Assembly: GCF_000406145.1 (NCBI RefSeq)
Contig: NZ_CM001976.1
Coordinates: 3,389,263 to 3,421,262, forward strand
DNA: 32,000 nt
Direction of reading: 5' to 3'
Source of the DNA: Dickeya dadantii NCPPB 898
Lineage (GTDB): Bacteria; Pseudomonadota; Gammaproteobacteria; Enterobacterales; Enterobacteriaceae
Shown piece by piece: positions 18,654-29,608 of this stretch. The position numbers and the translations under genes were made by a program. The notes below the pieces were generated by a model. The model was not told where the DNA came from. It saw only the letters and a program-made list of their open reading frames with translations, and ran no database searches. How positions within the stretch are numbered: position 1 is the first letter of the stretch; each line of letters starts with the position of its first letter.

Positions 18654-19148
18654 ATGATTACGTTTCATACCAACCACGGCGATATCGTCATCAATACTTT
18701 CCCGGAAAAAGCACCGGTTACCGTGGAAAACTTCCTGAACTACTGCCGCAGCGGTTTTTACGATAACACCATCTTTCACCGTGTGATCAATGGCTTCATG
18801 ATCCAGGGCGGCGGCTTTGAACCCGGCATGAACCAGAAAGGCACCAACGCGCCGATCAAAAACGAAGCCAACAACGGTTTGGGCAACAACCGTGGCACGC
18901 TGGCCATGGCCCGCACCAACGATCCGCATTCAGCGACCGCCCAGTTCTTCATCAACGTGGTGGATAACGATTTCCTGAACTTCAAATCTGAAAGCGTAAA
19001 CGGCTGGGGCTACTGCGTGTTCGCCGAAGTGGCGGAAGGCATGGACGTGGTCGACAAGATCAAAGCCGTGTCCACCGGCCGCAGCGGTATGCACCAGGAT
19101 GTACCGAAAGAAGACGTGATCGTCACCAGCGTAACCGTCAGCGAGTAA
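18654..19148 (+). CDS. ppiB: Peptidyl-prolyl cis-trans isomerase B (cyclophilin)
   Basis: [55 protein letters not shown] matches E. coli PpiB. Confidence 0.95.
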   Translation: MITFHTNHGDIVINTFPEKAPVTVENFLNYCRSGFYDNTIFHRVINGFMIQGGGFEPGMNQKGTNAPIKNEANNGLGNNRGTLAMARTNDPHSATAQFFINVVDNDFLNFKSESVNGWGYCVFAEVAEGMDVVDKIKAVSTGRSGMHQDVPKEDVIVTSVTVSE

Positions 19149-19158
19149 CGCCGGCTGC

Positions 19159-19881
19159 ATGACCACGCTGTTTATTAGCGATCTGCATCTGAGCGAACAG
19201 GAACCGGCGATCACCGCCGGTTTCCTGCGTTTTCTGCGTGAAGACGCGCCCGGCGCCGACGCGCTCTATATCCTCGGCGATCTGTTCGACGCCTGGATTG
19301 GCGACGACGACCCGGCCCCGCTGCACGCCACGGTGGCGCAGGCGTTAAAGACGCTGACAGACAGCGGCGTGCCCTGCTATTTCGCCCACGGCAACCGCGA
19401 CTTTCTGCTCGGCGCACGTTTCGCCCGCCAGAGCGGCCTGCGGCTGCTCGCCACGGAAACGGTGCTTGATCTGTATGGTCGTCGCACGCTGCTGCTGCAC
19501 GGCGATACCCTGTGCACCGACGATCGCGCCTACCAGAACTTCCGCCGCAAGGTGCATAACCCGCTCATCCAGCGGCTTTTTCTGTGGCTGCCGCTGTCGC
19601 TGCGTCTACGCATCGCCGCCCGCATGCGCGCCGCCAGCCAGCAGGCTAACCAGCATAAGTCCATGACCATTATGGACGTCAACGCCGATGAAGTGATGGC
19701 TCGTCTGCAGCACCATCAGGCCACGTTGATGATCCACGGCCACACCCACCGCCCGGCGATTCATCCGATCGATCAGGCCGGCGTGCGCGCCGAGCGCGCG
19801 GTGTTGGGCGCCTGGCATCAGCAAGGTTCTCTGCTGCGGGTGACCGCGGACGATGTCCGTCTGATTTCATTTCCGTTGTAA
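19159..19881 (+). CDS. lpxH: UDP-2,3-diacylglucosamine diphosphatase LpxH
   Basis: [11 protein letters not shown]...[17 protein letters not shown]...HGNRDFLLG is collinear with E. coli LpxH. Confidence 0.95.
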   Translation: MTTLFISDLHLSEQEPAITAGFLRFLREDAPGADALYILGDLFDAWIGDDDPAPLHATVAQALKTLTDSGVPCYFAHGNRDFLLGARFARQSGLRLLATETVLDLYGRRTLLLHGDTLCTDDRAYQNFRRKVHNPLIQRLFLWLPLSLRLRIAARMRAASQQANQHKSMTIMDVNADEVMARLQHHQATLMIHGHTHRPAIHPIDQAGVRAERAVLGAWHQQGSLLRVTADDVRLISFPL

Positions 19882-19928
19882 CGCGACGTTTACACTGATT
19901 TTCCCCATTAACAGCCCATTTCATCGCC

Positions 19929-19944
19929 ACGCAACCGTTTTCCT
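19929..19944. promoter_or_regulatory. PurR operator (pur box) upstream of purEK
   Basis: ACGCAACCGTTTTCCT versus the pur-box consensus ACGCAAACGTTTTCNT. Confidence 0.55.
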
Positions 19945-20105
19945 CCCTTCTGGCTCATGGTATGCTCTACGCCCTCGCGACCTGTGGCTCTCCGGTTTCA
20001 GGTCGCCGTTGTACCGCGCAATGACCGCATCATGCACGATTACTGTCATGCACGATTATCGACATGAATCACCATCGTCATGCAAACCACAGGAGCATTA
20101 CAGGC

Positions 20106-20615
20106 ATGTCATCCAACGCTGCCCCGGCGAAAATCGCTATTGTCATGGGTTCAAAGAGTGACTGGGCCACCATGCAGTTTGCTGCAGAGATCCTCACCGC
20201 GCTGAATCTGCCCTATCACGTTGAAGTCGTCTCCGCACACCGCACGCCGGACAAACTGTTCAGCTTCGCCGAACAAGCGGACCAGAATGGCTTTGACGTC
20301 ATTATCGCCGGCGCGGGCGGCGCCGCTCATCTGCCGGGTATGCTGGCGGCCAAAACCCTGGTGCCGGTGCTGGGCGTTCCGGTGCAGAGCGCCGCGTTAA
20401 GCGGTGTCGACAGTCTCTATTCAATTGTGCAGATGCCGCGCGGCATTCCGGTCGGCACGCTGGCCATCGGCAAAGCCGGCGCCGCTAACGCCGCCCTGCT
20501 GGCCGCGCAGATTCTGGCGCGTCACGACAGCGAGCTGGCTGTTCGTCTGGCCGCCTGGCGTCAGGCGCAGACCGACGAGGTGCTGAACCATCCGGATCCG
20601 CGGGAGGATGCATGA
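20106..20615 (+). CDS. purE: N5-carboxyaminoimidazole ribonucleotide mutase PurE
   Basis: [24 protein letters not shown]...[11 protein letters not shown]. Start at ATG 20106 after AGGAG. Confidence 0.95.
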   Translation: MSSNAAPAKIAIVMGSKSDWATMQFAAEILTALNLPYHVEVVSAHRTPDKLFSFAEQADQNGFDVIIAGAGGAAHLPGMLAAKTLVPVLGVPVQSAALSGVDSLYSIVQMPRGIPVGTLAIGKAGAANAALLAAQILARHDSELAVRLAAWRQAQTDEVLNHPDPREDA

Positions 20616-21682
20616 AGCCGGTTTGCGTACTGGGTAACGGCCAACTGGGCCGTATGTTGCGCCAGGCCGGCGAGCCGCTGGGTATCGCCGTTTATCCGGT
20701 CGGGCTGGATGCGGAGCCGGAATCGGTGCCGGTGCAACACAGCGTCATCACCGCTGAAATCGAACGCTGGCCGGAAACGGCGCTGACTCGCCAGTTGGCG
20801 CAGCACCCCGCGTTCGTCAACCGTGATATTTTTCCGCGCCTGGCCGATCGCTACACCCAAAAACAGCTGCTGGACGAACTGAATCTGGCTACCGCGCCCT
20901 GGCAGCTACTGGCCTCGGCACAGGAATGGCCGGCAGTATTCGCCTCGCTGGGCGAACTGGCGATCGTTAAACGCCGCGTCGGCGGTTATGACGGCCGCGG
21001 TCAGTGGCGTATCCGTCCCGGCGAGGAACACAGCCTGCCGGCCGACTGCTACGGCGAGTGCATCGTCGAACAGGGCATCGCCTTTTCCGGCGAAGTGTCG
21101 CTGGTCGGCGCACGCAGCGCAAAAGGCGACTGCGTATTCTACCCGTTGACACACAACCTGCATGAAGACGGCATCCTGCGCACCAGCGTGGCATTGCCGA
21201 AACCGCAGCCGCACCTGCAACAGCAGGCGGAACAGATGCTGTCGGCAATCATGCATCGCCTCGGCTACGTCGGCGTGATGGCGATGGAATGCTTCGTGGT
21301 GGGCGATCGCCTGCTGATCAACGAGCTGGCGCCGCGCGTGCACAATAGCGGCCACTGGACACAAAACGGTGCTTCCATCAGTCAGTTCGAACTGCACCTG
21401 CGCGCGATTCTCGACCTGCCGTTGCCGGCCCCGGTGGTCGCCAGCCCGTCGGTGATGGTCAACCTGATCGGCACCGATGTGAATATCGACTGGCTGACGT
21501 TGCCGCTGGTGCATCTGCACTGGTATGAGAAAGAGGTACGCCCAGGCCGCAAGGTCGGTCACCTGAACCTCAGTCACCCGGACACCGTGCAACTGAGCCA
21601 GACGCTGCGCGCGCTGACGCCGTTGCTGCCGGACGCCTATCAGTCCGGGCTGGCATGGGCCCAGCAGCAACTGAGTTGCTGA
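20612..21682 (+). CDS. purK: N5-carboxyaminoimidazole ribonucleotide synthase PurK
   Basis: 356 aa ATP-grasp protein. ATGA overlap with the purE stop. Confidence 0.95.
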   Translation: MKPVCVLGNGQLGRMLRQAGEPLGIAVYPVGLDAEPESVPVQHSVITAEIERWPETALTRQLAQHPAFVNRDIFPRLADRYTQKQLLDELNLATAPWQLLASAQEWPAVFASLGELAIVKRRVGGYDGRGQWRIRPGEEHSLPADCYGECIVEQGIAFSGEVSLVGARSAKGDCVFYPLTHNLHEDGILRTSVALPKPQPHLQQQAEQMLSAIMHRLGYVGVMAMECFVVGDRLLINELAPRVHNSGHWTQNGASISQFELHLRAILDLPLPAPVVASPSVMVNLIGTDVNIDWLTLPLVHLHWYEKEVRPGRKVGHLNLSHPDTVQLSQTLRALTPLLPDAYQSGLAWAQQQLSC

Positions 21683-22163
21683 GTCATTTAATGACACTGG
21701 CGGGCCAACGTCGGCTCGCCGGTATCTGGAACAAGATTTTTACGTGACATTATGATGATTGGGTTTATTATTTTCGCAGTTTCCAAAATAAATATGTTTC
21801 ATTGGTTATTTATTCTACCTGTTGTTATTCACCATGAAATATATTTCCGCTTTATTACTCGATTTATTACCCCCTCAATTAACCGCATTAACGCATCAAA
21901 AAAGATACCGCCGGAAATAAATTATTTAACGCATCAATCCTGATATTTTATTTTTAATTGATTGGGGTTAAAATAATTGACCTTAATTCATTTGTGTGAT
22001 CGCCTCACTATTATTCTCCAACGGTCAGGATATAGAATGCAGCCACAAAAAAGATTACCCCGATTCACATGATGTCTCGTGTGACACCTGCGAATTATCT
22101 CTGTATTGGCCTGCAGCCGGTACGGTATTTTTTATACTCTGTGTTCACCAAGGAGAAACACGC

Positions 22164-23447
22164 ATGAGCACAATTCAAGACAGCAGTCAGGTACTGGAGC
22201 AAGCTTCAGGCTGGCGTAAAAGCGATACCGTCTGGATGCTGGGCCTGTATGGCACGGCAATTGGGGCGGGCGTGCTGTTTTTGCCCATCAATGCCGGCAT
22301 TGGCGGTCTGATTCCGTTGATTATCATGGCAATTATTGCTTTCCCGATGACTTACTTTTCTCACCGCGCATTATGTCGTTTTGTCTTATCCGGCAAAAAA
22401 GGCGGTGAAGATATTACCGAAGTGGTGGAAGAAGCATTTGGCGTTGGCGCAGGAAAATTAATCACCCTGCTCTATTTTTTCGCTATTTATCCGATTCTTC
22501 TGGTTTACAGCGTCGCCATTACCAATACCGTTGACAGCTTTATTACTCACCAGTTGCATTTACCGTCGCCGCCGCGGGCGATTCTGTCGCTGATATTGAT
22601 TCTGGGGCTGATGTTTATTGTCCGTTTCGGCGAAACCATGATTGTGAAAGCCATGAGCGTGCTGGTTTATCCGTTCGTGGCGGTATTAATGATGTTGGCG
22701 CTGTATTTAATTCCTCACTGGAACACCACGGTTTTCCACAATATTTCCCTGACCAACAGCACCACCGGCAACGGACTGCTGGCGACGCTGTGGCTGGCGA
22801 TTCCGGTGATGGTGTTCTCCTTCAACCATTCGCCGATTATTTCGTCTTTCGCGGTGGCCAAACGCCGTGAATATGGCGACAACGCCGAGAAAAAATGCTC
22901 CCGCATTCTGGCCTGCAGCCACATCATGATGGTGCTGACCGTGATGTTCTTCGTATTCAGTTGCGTACTGGCGCTCTCGCCGTCGGACCTGATGGAAGCC
23001 AAAACGCAGAACATCTCGATTTTGTCCTATCTGGCTAACCACTTTAACAACCCGGTAATGGGCTATCTGGCGCCGGTCATCGCCACCATCGCTATTTCCA
23101 AGTCGTTCCTCGGCCACTATCTGGGCGCCGGCGAAGGCCTTAACGGTATGATGGTGAAAATGCTGCGCAGCCGCGGCAAAACCGTCTCGACCGCTAAACT
23201 GAACCGCATCACCGCGCTGTTCATGCTGGTCACCACCTGGCTGGTCGCCACTCTCAACCCCAGCATTCTGGGCATGATTGAAACCCTGGGCGGCCCGGTG
23301 ATCGCCTGTCTGCTGTTCCTGATGCCGATGTACGCCATCCGTAAAGTGCCGGCTATGCGCCAGTACAGCGGCGCGCTGAGCAATGTGTTCGTCACCCTGC
23401 TGGGTCTGATCGCCATCACCGCCATCGTCTACACCCTGTTCGAGTAA
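22164..23447 (+). CDS. sdaC: Serine transporter SdaC (HAAAP family)
   Basis: [29 protein letters not shown] and most of the length are collinear with E. coli SdaC. SD AAGGAG precedes ATG 22164. Confidence 0.92.
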   Translation: MSTIQDSSQVLEQASGWRKSDTVWMLGLYGTAIGAGVLFLPINAGIGGLIPLIIMAIIAFPMTYFSHRALCRFVLSGKKGGEDITEVVEEAFGVGAGKLITLLYFFAIYPILLVYSVAITNTVDSFITHQLHLPSPPRAILSLILILGLMFIVRFGETMIVKAMSVLVYPFVAVLMMLALYLIPHWNTTVFHNISLTNSTTGNGLLATLWLAIPVMVFSFNHSPIISSFAVAKRREYGDNAEKKCSRILACSHIMMVLTVMFFVFSCVLALSPSDLMEAKTQNISILSYLANHFNNPVMGYLAPVIATIAISKSFLGHYLGAGEGLNGMMVKMLRSRGKTVSTAKLNRITALFMLVTTWLVATLNPSILGMIETLGGPVIACLLFLMPMYAIRKVPAMRQYSGALSNVFVTLLGLIAITAIVYTLFE

Positions 23448-23464
23448 TTCCTCCGTCCCCTCCC

Positions 23465-23491
23465 GACGCAGGCGGCCCGGCTGCCTGCGTC
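23465..23491 (+). other. Intercistronic hairpin between sdaC and sdaB
   Basis: 9-bp stem gacgcaggc / gcctgcgtc with a 9-nt loop and no U-run. Confidence 0.35.
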
Positions 23492-23509
23492 AGCTGAAAG
23501 GAACCCCCT

Positions 23510-24880
23510 ATGGTCAGCGTATTTGATATTTTCAAAATTGGTATCGGCCCTTCCAGTTCGCATACCGTTGGCCCGATGAAAGCTGGCAACATGTTCACCG
23601 ACGATCTGGTCAACCTGTCTCTAATTTCATCGGTTGACGCCATTATCGTCGATGTTTATGGTTCGCTGGCCCTGACCGGCAAGGGCCACCACACCGACAT
23701 CGCCATCATTATGGGGCTGGCGGGTAACCTGCCGGACAGCGTGGATATCGACGCCATCCCGGCATTTATTCAGCAGGTACAGCATACCCGTCGCCTGCCG
23801 CTGCTTAACGGACGGTACGACGTCAGCTTCCCGCTGGACAGCGCGCTGCGTTTTCAGCCGGAGAACCTGCCACTGCATGAAAACGGCATGACGATCCGCG
23901 CGCTCGACGCCAGCCAGAAGGTGCTGTACAGCAAAACCTATTACTCCATCGGCGGCGGTTTCGTGGTCGATCAGGAACACTTCGGCCAGCCGATGGCGCA
24001 GGAAGAGCGTGCGCCCTGGCCGTTCTATTCCGCCCGGCAATTACTGCAGCACTGCCACGACAACTGCCTGTCGCTGTCGGCGGTGGTGATGAAAAACGAG
24101 ATCGCCATGCACGGCCGTGACGCGCTGGAAGCCTATTTCGCCAGCGTCTGGCAGACCATGCAAAACGCCATTCATCGCGGCATGAACACCGAAGGCGTGT
24201 TGCCCGGCCCGCTGCGGGTTCCGCGTCGCGCCTCGGCGCTGCACCGCCTGCTGTTCACCAACGGCCGTTTTTCCAACGACCCGATGGACGCGATGGATTG
24301 GGTCAACATGTTCGCCATGGCGGTATCGGAAGAAAATGCCGCCGGCGGCCGGGTGGTGACGGCGCCGACCAACGGTGCCTGCGGCATCATTCCCGCCGTC
24401 CTGGCGTATTACGACCGGTTTATTCAACCGGTGACGCCGGACACCTGTCTGCGTTATTTTCTGGCGGCCGGCGCCATCGGCATCCTGTTCAAGATGAACG
24501 CCTCCATTTCCGGGGCGGAAGTGGGCTGTCAGGGCGAAGTGGGCGTAGCCTGCTCAATGGCGGCGGCCGGTCTGGCGGAACTGCTGGGCGCCAACCCGGA
24601 ACAGGTGTGCATCGCCGCGGAGATCGGTATGGAACACAATCTTGGGTTGACCTGCGACCCGGTGGCCGGTCAGGTTCAGGTGCCGTGCATCGAACGCAAC
24701 GCTATTGCTTCCGTCAAGTCGATCAACGCCGCCCGCATGGCGATTCGCCGCGCCAGCGAACCTCGTGTCTCGCTGGATAAAGTGATTGAAACCATGTACG
24801 AAACCGGCAAGGACATGAACGCCAAATACCGCGAAACCTCCCGCGGCGGGCTGGCGATCAAAGTGGTGCAGTGCGAGTAA
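23510..24880 (+). CDS. sdaB: L-serine dehydratase (iron-sulfur dependent, single chain)
   Basis: [26 protein letters not shown] matches E. coli SdaB/SdaA. The sdaB symbol is assigned from its position after sdaC. Confidence 0.93.
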   Translation: MVSVFDIFKIGIGPSSSHTVGPMKAGNMFTDDLVNLSLISSVDAIIVDVYGSLALTGKGHHTDIAIIMGLAGNLPDSVDIDAIPAFIQQVQHTRRLPLLNGRYDVSFPLDSALRFQPENLPLHENGMTIRALDASQKVLYSKTYYSIGGGFVVDQEHFGQPMAQEERAPWPFYSARQLLQHCHDNCLSLSAVVMKNEIAMHGRDALEAYFASVWQTMQNAIHRGMNTEGVLPGPLRVPRRASALHRLLFTNGRFSNDPMDAMDWVNMFAMAVSEENAAGGRVVTAPTNGACGIIPAVLAYYDRFIQPVTPDTCLRYFLAAGAIGILFKMNASISGAEVGCQGEVGVACSMAAAGLAELLGANPEQVCIAAEIGMEHNLGLTCDPVAGQVQVPCIERNAIASVKSINAARMAIRRASEPRVSLDKVIETMYETGKDMNAKYRETSRGGLAIKVVQCE

Positions 24881-24914
24881 ATCGACAGTCGCAGGCAGTG
24901 AAAACAGACTCACG

Positions 24915-24941
24915 CGCCGGGCTAATGCCCGGCGTTTTTTT
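24915..24941 (+). terminator. Rho-independent terminator of sdaCB
   Basis: cgccgggc-taat-gcccggcg followed by a run of seven T. Confidence 0.85.
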
Positions 24942-25381
24942 CAGGAAGGTTTTTTCTCGTTGTCCGGCCAGGACCAGATCAGGTTGTTTTCCGCGGCGGA
25001 AACATACCAGTCAAGCGCGCTGGCGACCGGTTTGGGCATCGACTCCGATGCAACGACCGGCGTGGACGCGCCGGTGTTTTTCTTGCGTATGCGCAACGGC
25101 GTACGCGCTTGCCCGCCATTCAGCCGCGCATTGAAATTTTCGACTTCGGTATCAAACAGCACGCCTTCCAGCTGATGCAGACGATTCAACCCGCGCAAAA
25201 TCGCCAGCAGGCTGCTCAGGGTAATCGACTCGCCCATTTCCGCCCGCTTGATGGTGGCGATGCCCAGCCCAGCCCGCTCGGCCAGATCCACCTGCGATAA
25301 CCGCTGCTGGATACGCGCGTCTTTTATCCGCCGACAAAGCTCGGTGATGATTTCACCTTCGCTCATGGTGCTGAATCTCAT
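24941..25381 (-). CDS. XRE-family HTH transcriptional regulator with an uncharacterised C-terminal extension
   Basis: RIKDARIQQRLSQVDLAERAGLGIATIKRAEMGESITLSSLLAILRGL is an HTH_3/XRE motif. It is followed by about 75 aa with no recognisable motif. The start could be 25381 or 25366. Confidence 0.75.
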   Translation of the reverse strand: MRFSTMSEGEIITELCRRIKDARIQQRLSQVDLAERAGLGIATIKRAEMGESITLSSLLAILRGLNRLHQLEGVLFDTEVENFNARLNGGQARTPLRIRKKNTGASTPVVASESMPKPVASALDWYVSAAENNLIWSWPDNEKKPS

Positions 25382-25565
25382 AATGCCTACCGTTAATACG
25401 CGTGAATGAAAACCGACGTTATTTTATCACCGCCGGGATCAATCACACGGATAATTAATGACGCGTATCAATTATTTTGATCCAACACATAAAATACCAC
25501 TCAATACGCCCATTTATCGGACTCAGGTACGTTATTTCCGCCTGATGAATCACGCAGCTTAAAAC

Positions 25566-25591
25566 AACAGGCAGCGCATGCGCTGCCTGTT
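25566..25591 (-). terminator. Rho-independent terminator of the secreted-protein gene
   Basis: Perfect 12-bp-arm palindrome aacaggcagcgc-at-gcgctgcctgtt, followed on the minus strand by GTTTT. Confidence 0.8.
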
Positions 25592-25600
25592 ATATGGCAC

Positions 25601-26182
25601 TTACTGAATATTGAGCGACGTGCTCAAAGTACGATTCGGGAAATTGGTCGACGTGGATTGATAACGGAATGTCACCGACGACATATTGTCTGCATTGAAA
25701 TACGCCATCCAGCCCGAAACGATGGAGCCAGCCGGGCAGCTTTCGGTATAACGGCCACTGACAACACAAACGGGGTTAACCTGATACGGGCTGGTTTGCC
25801 CGCCGTTCAGCCAGCCAATGCGGTTACCGCCATACCCCACTTCCAGCACGGCAATGCGCAGTGTTCCACCGGCATAACCTGACAACGAGAGGGTATTTGT
25901 CGGAACAGCCTGCCAGCCGCCTTTCAGTGAGGAATACACCGCGTACACCTGCACTGAACTCAACGCCGGAGCCGGCGCACGCAGCGCTTTATGTTCAGAA
26001 GAGGACACATCCTGTTCTGAACCGGCCGACAGCGGATAATCGACAAACGGAGAATCGAGCGCGGTAATCACGGTTTGTACCGGCTCATCAGAGGTTTGAG
26101 CATAAACTGGCGATATTGCCGCCACGACCATACCCAGCGTAAAACCTATTTTTATAGACATTCTCATCCTGAGTGGTTCCAT
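25601..26182 (-). CDS. Secreted hypothetical protein (Sec signal peptide); possibly YolA/DUF4879-like, unverified
   Basis: MSIKIGFTLGMVVAAISPVYA-QTS is a signal peptide. The mature part has no motif I can assign confidently. A paralogous decayed copy lies 644 bp upstream. The start could be 26182 or 26161. Confidence 0.65.
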   Translation of the reverse strand: MEPLRMRMSIKIGFTLGMVVAAISPVYAQTSDEPVQTVITALDSPFVDYPLSAGSEQDVSSSEHKALRAPAPALSSVQVYAVYSSLKGGWQAVPTNTLSLSGYAGGTLRIAVLEVGYGGNRIGWLNGGQTSPYQVNPVCVVSGRYTESCPAGSIVSGWMAYFNADNMSSVTFRYQSTSTNFPNRTLSTSLNIQ

Positions 26183-26384
26183 TAAAATATGCAGCCCATT
26201 GCTGCAATGAAATACTAATCAGCATAAAAAATTGCCTCCAGTAAAAAATTCAGATAAAGAACACCATTTAAGAAACAAATAAAAATAAAAGAAAAAATAA
26301 ATACCAGACGAAAAATAAAGATCCAGATCTATTGACCAGAAAATATTACCGTCGGTTCATTTCTTGAATTTACTCTCTCTAATC

Positions 26385-26826
26385 TCAGGAGGCGATGGCA
26401 TAATAACGTGCGGCGGACACGATACACATGGGGATTTCGAATACTGCCTGCGGAAAAATAGTAAAATACGCAATCCATCCCGCGCTCGTCGCACCTCAGG
26501 GGCAATTATCCGTCATCTCGCCCTTCACCAGACACGCCAGTTTCACCGAATCAGGTTTCTTTTGTTCACCGTTGATCCAGCCAATACGGTTGCCGCCCTA
26601 CCCGGTTTCCACAACAGCAATCTGCAGTGTGCACCCCGCGTAGTCCGGGCCTATCGTAACGGCGTTAACGGCAGCATGTTGCCAGCTTTCCGCCATATAA
26701 CCCGGAGAACACCTTAATACGTAACCCACTCAGAGCAGGCGCACTGAACGCGGAAGACGTTGTAGCCAGAAGCAATTCCAAAGCCAGCCCCATATTTATA
26801 GACGTTTTTATCCCTGGCGATTCCAT
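26385..26826 (-). pseudogene. Decayed tandem paralog of the 25601..26182 secreted protein
   Basis: Minus-strand reading MESPGIKTSINMGLALELLLATTSSAFSAPALSGLRIKVFSGLYGG...LQIAVVETG-stop-GGNRIGWING...GWIAYF parallels copy 1 (EVGYGGNRIGWLNGG, SGWMAYF). It has an in-frame TAG at 26598-26600 and frame breaks near 26684-26690 and 26494-26503. The 5-prime leader is also duplicated. Confidence 0.7.
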
Positions 26827-27091
26827 TTAAATATACAGCCAATACTGCGGAAGAAATAGTAATTCACCTAATCAATTCCATCTAGTCAAAAGTAGGCATA
26901 ATTAATTTTGGTTATGTGATAAATAAAATAAAGCTGACACAGATCAAATAAAGGAAATCAGTGAAATTGGCGACATGGCCACCGCAGAAGAAAAATTTTA
27001 TTTATCTTTATTTTTCAGCGCTATCTTTATTTAATTGAAGTATACGGTTGCGAGAAAATGAACTTGTCACCGCACAGAATAGTAAACAGAA

Positions 27092-27123
27092 CGCCTCACG
27101 AAAACTGCCGTTCTCGTGAGGCG
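27092..27123 (-). terminator. Rho-independent terminator after pstB
   Basis: 10-bp arms cgcctcacga / tcgtgaggcg, followed on the minus strand by TTCTGTTT. Begins 5 nt after the pstB stop. Confidence 0.65.
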
Positions 27124-27128
27124 CCGGG

Positions 27129-27944
27129 TTAACCGAAACGGCCGGTAATATAGTCTTCGGTACGACGTTCGGCCGGAGCGGTAAACAGTGCGTCGGTTTC
27201 GTTATATTCGATCAGTCGGCCGTGATGGATAAACGCCGTATAATCGGACACCCGCGCCGCCTGCTGCATATTGTGGGTCACCAGCACCAGCGTGAAGCGG
27301 CGTTTCAGCGCGCCGATTAGCTCTTCGATCACCAGCGTCGAGATCGGGTCGAGCGCCGAGGTGGGTTCATCCAGCAGCAGCACCTCTGGTTCGATGGCGA
27401 TGGCGCGCGCAATCACCAGCCGCTGCTGCTGGCCGCTGGAGAGCGTCAGCGCGTTGTCGCCGAGCCGGTCTTTTACCTCATGCCACAAGGCCGCGGCCCG
27501 CAGCGCGTTTTCCACCGCCTCATCCAGGGTACGCCGGTCTTTCACACCCTGCAGGCGCAGGCCGTAAATCACGTTTTCGTAGATGGATTTGGGGAATGGA
27601 TTAGGGCGCTGGAACACCATGCCGACCCGGCGACGCAGCGTCGACACATCCACCGACGGATCGTTGATGCACATGCCTTGCAGACGGATATCACCTTCAA
27701 TGCGACAGGTATCCATCAGGTCGTTCATGCGGTTAAAACAACGCAGCAAGGTGGATTTGCCGCACCCGGACGGCCCAATCAACGCGGTCACGCGGTGCTT
27801 CGGAATACGCAGGGATATATCGCTCAGCGCCTGCTTATCGCCGTAGTACAAATTCAGCCCGTCTACCGACAAGGCGGTTTGATCATCCGGCAACCGGTGG
27901 ACGTCCATCACGGGGAGTCGTTCCAGCTGTTTAGCCATGCCCAT
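27129..27944 (-). CDS. pstB: Phosphate ABC transporter ATP-binding protein PstB
   Basis: [11 protein letters not shown]...[20 protein letters not shown]...[17 protein letters not shown]...[10 protein letters not shown] is collinear with E. coli PstB. ATG 27944 follows SD GGGAGA. Confidence 0.93.
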   Translation of the reverse strand: MGMAKQLERLPVMDVHRLPDDQTALSVDGLNLYYGDKQALSDISLRIPKHRVTALIGPSGCGKSTLLRCFNRMNDLMDTCRIEGDIRLQGMCINDPSVDVSTLRRRVGMVFQRPNPFPKSIYENVIYGLRLQGVKDRRTLDEAVENALRAAALWHEVKDRLGDNALTLSSGQQQRLVIARAIAIEPEVLLLDEPTSALDPISTLVIEELIGALKRRFTLVLVTHNMQQAARVSDYTAFIHHGRLIEYNETDALFTAPAERRTEDYITGRFG

Positions 27945-27961
27945 CACTATTCTCCCGCCAC

Positions 27962-29608
27962 TCAGAGTGACATCGCTCGGTATTTTTCACGCAGCACATG
28001 GCGAATGCCAATCGCTGCCAGATTCAACGCCACCACAATCAGCACCAGCAACAGCGCGGTGGTGTACACCAGCGGACGGGCAGCTTCCACATCCGGACTC
28101 TGAAACGCCAGATCATAAATCTGGAATCCCAGGTGCATGAATTTCCGCTCCAGATGCAGGTAGGGAAAGATATCATCCACCGGCAGCGCCGGCACCGACT
28201 TCACCACACCCACCAGCATCAGCGGCGCGGTTTCCCCCGCCGCCCGCGCCACCGCCAGAATCAGCCCGGTCATCATCGCCGGCACCGCCATCGGCAACAC
28301 CACGCGCCACAGGGTTTCCGCCCGTGTCGCCCCCAGCGCCAGCGAGCCATGACGAACCGATACCGGAATACGCGATAATCCCTCTTCGGTGGAGACTATC
28401 ACCACCGGTAGCGTTAACAGCGCCAGCGTGAGCGACGCCCATAGCAACCCCGGCGTGCCGAAGGTCGGGTTAGGCAACGATTCGGCGTAAAACAACTGAT
28501 CCAGCGTGCCACCGACCAGATAAACAAAAAATCCCAGCCCGAACACGCCATAAACGATCGACGGCACCCCGGCCAGATTCGCCACGGCGATCCGCACCCA
28601 GCGCGTCAGGCTGTTGTTGTCGGCGTACTCGTGCAGATAGACCGCCGCCACCACCCCCAACGGCATCACGATAATCGACATCAAAATAACCAGCAGCACG
28701 GTGCCGAAAATCGCCGGAAACAGCTGGCCGGGGCTGCTGTCGTCCGGCTCGAACCGGGTCAGCATGGTGCCCAGCACCTGCAGCGTCTGCCGTGCTTTTT
28801 CGGCGAACGTCATCGCATTCGGGTACCACGCCCGGTCGATCATCCTGACCGGAATGGTATGCCGCTGCCCTTGCGCATCCCGCAGCAGAACGGCGCTCCG
28901 GTTGATGTCGGTATTGAGCGCCATCAGTTGCTGGTTAAGCTCGTTGAAATGACGCTCCAGCTCAGTGCGTTCGGCTTTGAGGCGCGCCTGCGCTCGATCG
29001 TCCAACCGGTTTTCCCGGCGCAGTTTCTCTTCCTGCAGCCGCAGCGCGTCGAACTGCTGGTTAACCCGGTTCATCTCCCCCAGGCGCAGAGTCTGGGCGC
29101 GCGCCATCAACTGCCGCACCAGCAAAATACGTTGTTGCAGCGTCGACGACAGGTTGTCGGACACCAGCGGCTGCCCGTCCTCGGTCATACCGTCAAGATA
29201 ACCATAGGCCATACCGTTGGTGTTGCGGCGCACCGCCAGCACATCCGCCGGCTGACTAGCCTCCGTCACCGACGTGGACAGCAGCGTCTGAAAGCTTTGG
29301 CCGTAAAACTCCCGCCACCCGGTTTTAAGCAGATAACGGCTAGCGCCGTCGGCGGGCGCACTCACGATGCCGGCGTCCGTCAGTTGTTGCCGGGTCAGAG
29401 GCTGCTCGTCGTAGCGCTCGCCGATCAGTTGCCGCGCGCTGCCCTGCGAATCCTGCAGGCTAAACAGCCACACCGGCTGCGGCCACAGATAGCGCGTGCT
29501 CTGCCCGACCAGCAGCGCAAATACCGCGATCATGGCGATCAGGCTGAAGGTAATGGCGGACGCCGTCAGCCATACCCAGGGCGTTCCGGTGCCGAACCAG
29601 CGCCTCAT
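27962..29608 (-). CDS. pstA: Phosphate ABC transporter permease PstA, long form (about 260-aa extracytoplasmic insert after TM1)
   Basis: 548 aa. The C-terminal about 250 aa are the PstA core ([44 protein letters not shown]). Residues about 36-296 form an extra domain with a coiled-coil-like stretch (aa about 160-235). Confidence 0.85.
   Translation of the reverse strand: MRRWFGTGTPWVWLTASAITFSLIAMIAVFALLVGQSTRYLWPQPVWLFSLQDSQGSARQLIGERYDEQPLTRQQLTDAGIVSAPADGASRYLLKTGWREFYGQSFQTLLSTSVTEASQPADVLAVRRNTNGMAYGYLDGMTEDGQPLVSDNLSSTLQQRILLVRQLMARAQTLRLGEMNRVNQQFDALRLQEEKLRRENRLDDRAQARLKAERTELERHFNELNQQLMALNTDINRSAVLLRDAQGQRHTIPVRMIDRAWYPNAMTFAEKARQTLQVLGTMLTRFEPDDSSPGQLFPAIFGTVLLVILMSIIVMPLGVVAAVYLHEYADNNSLTRWVRIAVANLAGVPSIVYGVFGLGFFVYLVGGTLDQLFYAESLPNPTFGTPGLLWASLTLALLTLPVVIVSTEEGLSRIPVSVRHGSLALGATRAETLWRVVLPMAVPAMMTGLILAVARAAGETAPLMLVGVVKSVPALPVDDIFPYLHLERKFMHLGFQIYDLAFQSPDVEAARPLVYTTALLLVLIVVALNLAAIGIRHVLREKYRAMSL

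Noticed and set aside
20906-21697. 263-aa minus-strand ORF
   Set aside because: Antisense to purK.
21752-21943. 63-aa ORF in the AT-rich region upstream of sdaC
   Set aside because: Its Ile/Phe/Asn-rich translation is typical of AT-rich non-coding DNA, and no ribosome-binding site is present.
21995-22010. CRP-like site TGTGATCGCCTCACTA upstream of sdaC
   Set aside because: The left half TGTGA is good. The right half fits TCACA only with 5-bp spacing (TCACT), and with the correct 6-bp spacing it reads CACTA. This is too weak to call.
26364-26717. 117-aa + strand ORF
   Set aside because: Antisense to the decayed secreted-protein paralog, whose minus-strand homology to 25601..26182 explains the region.
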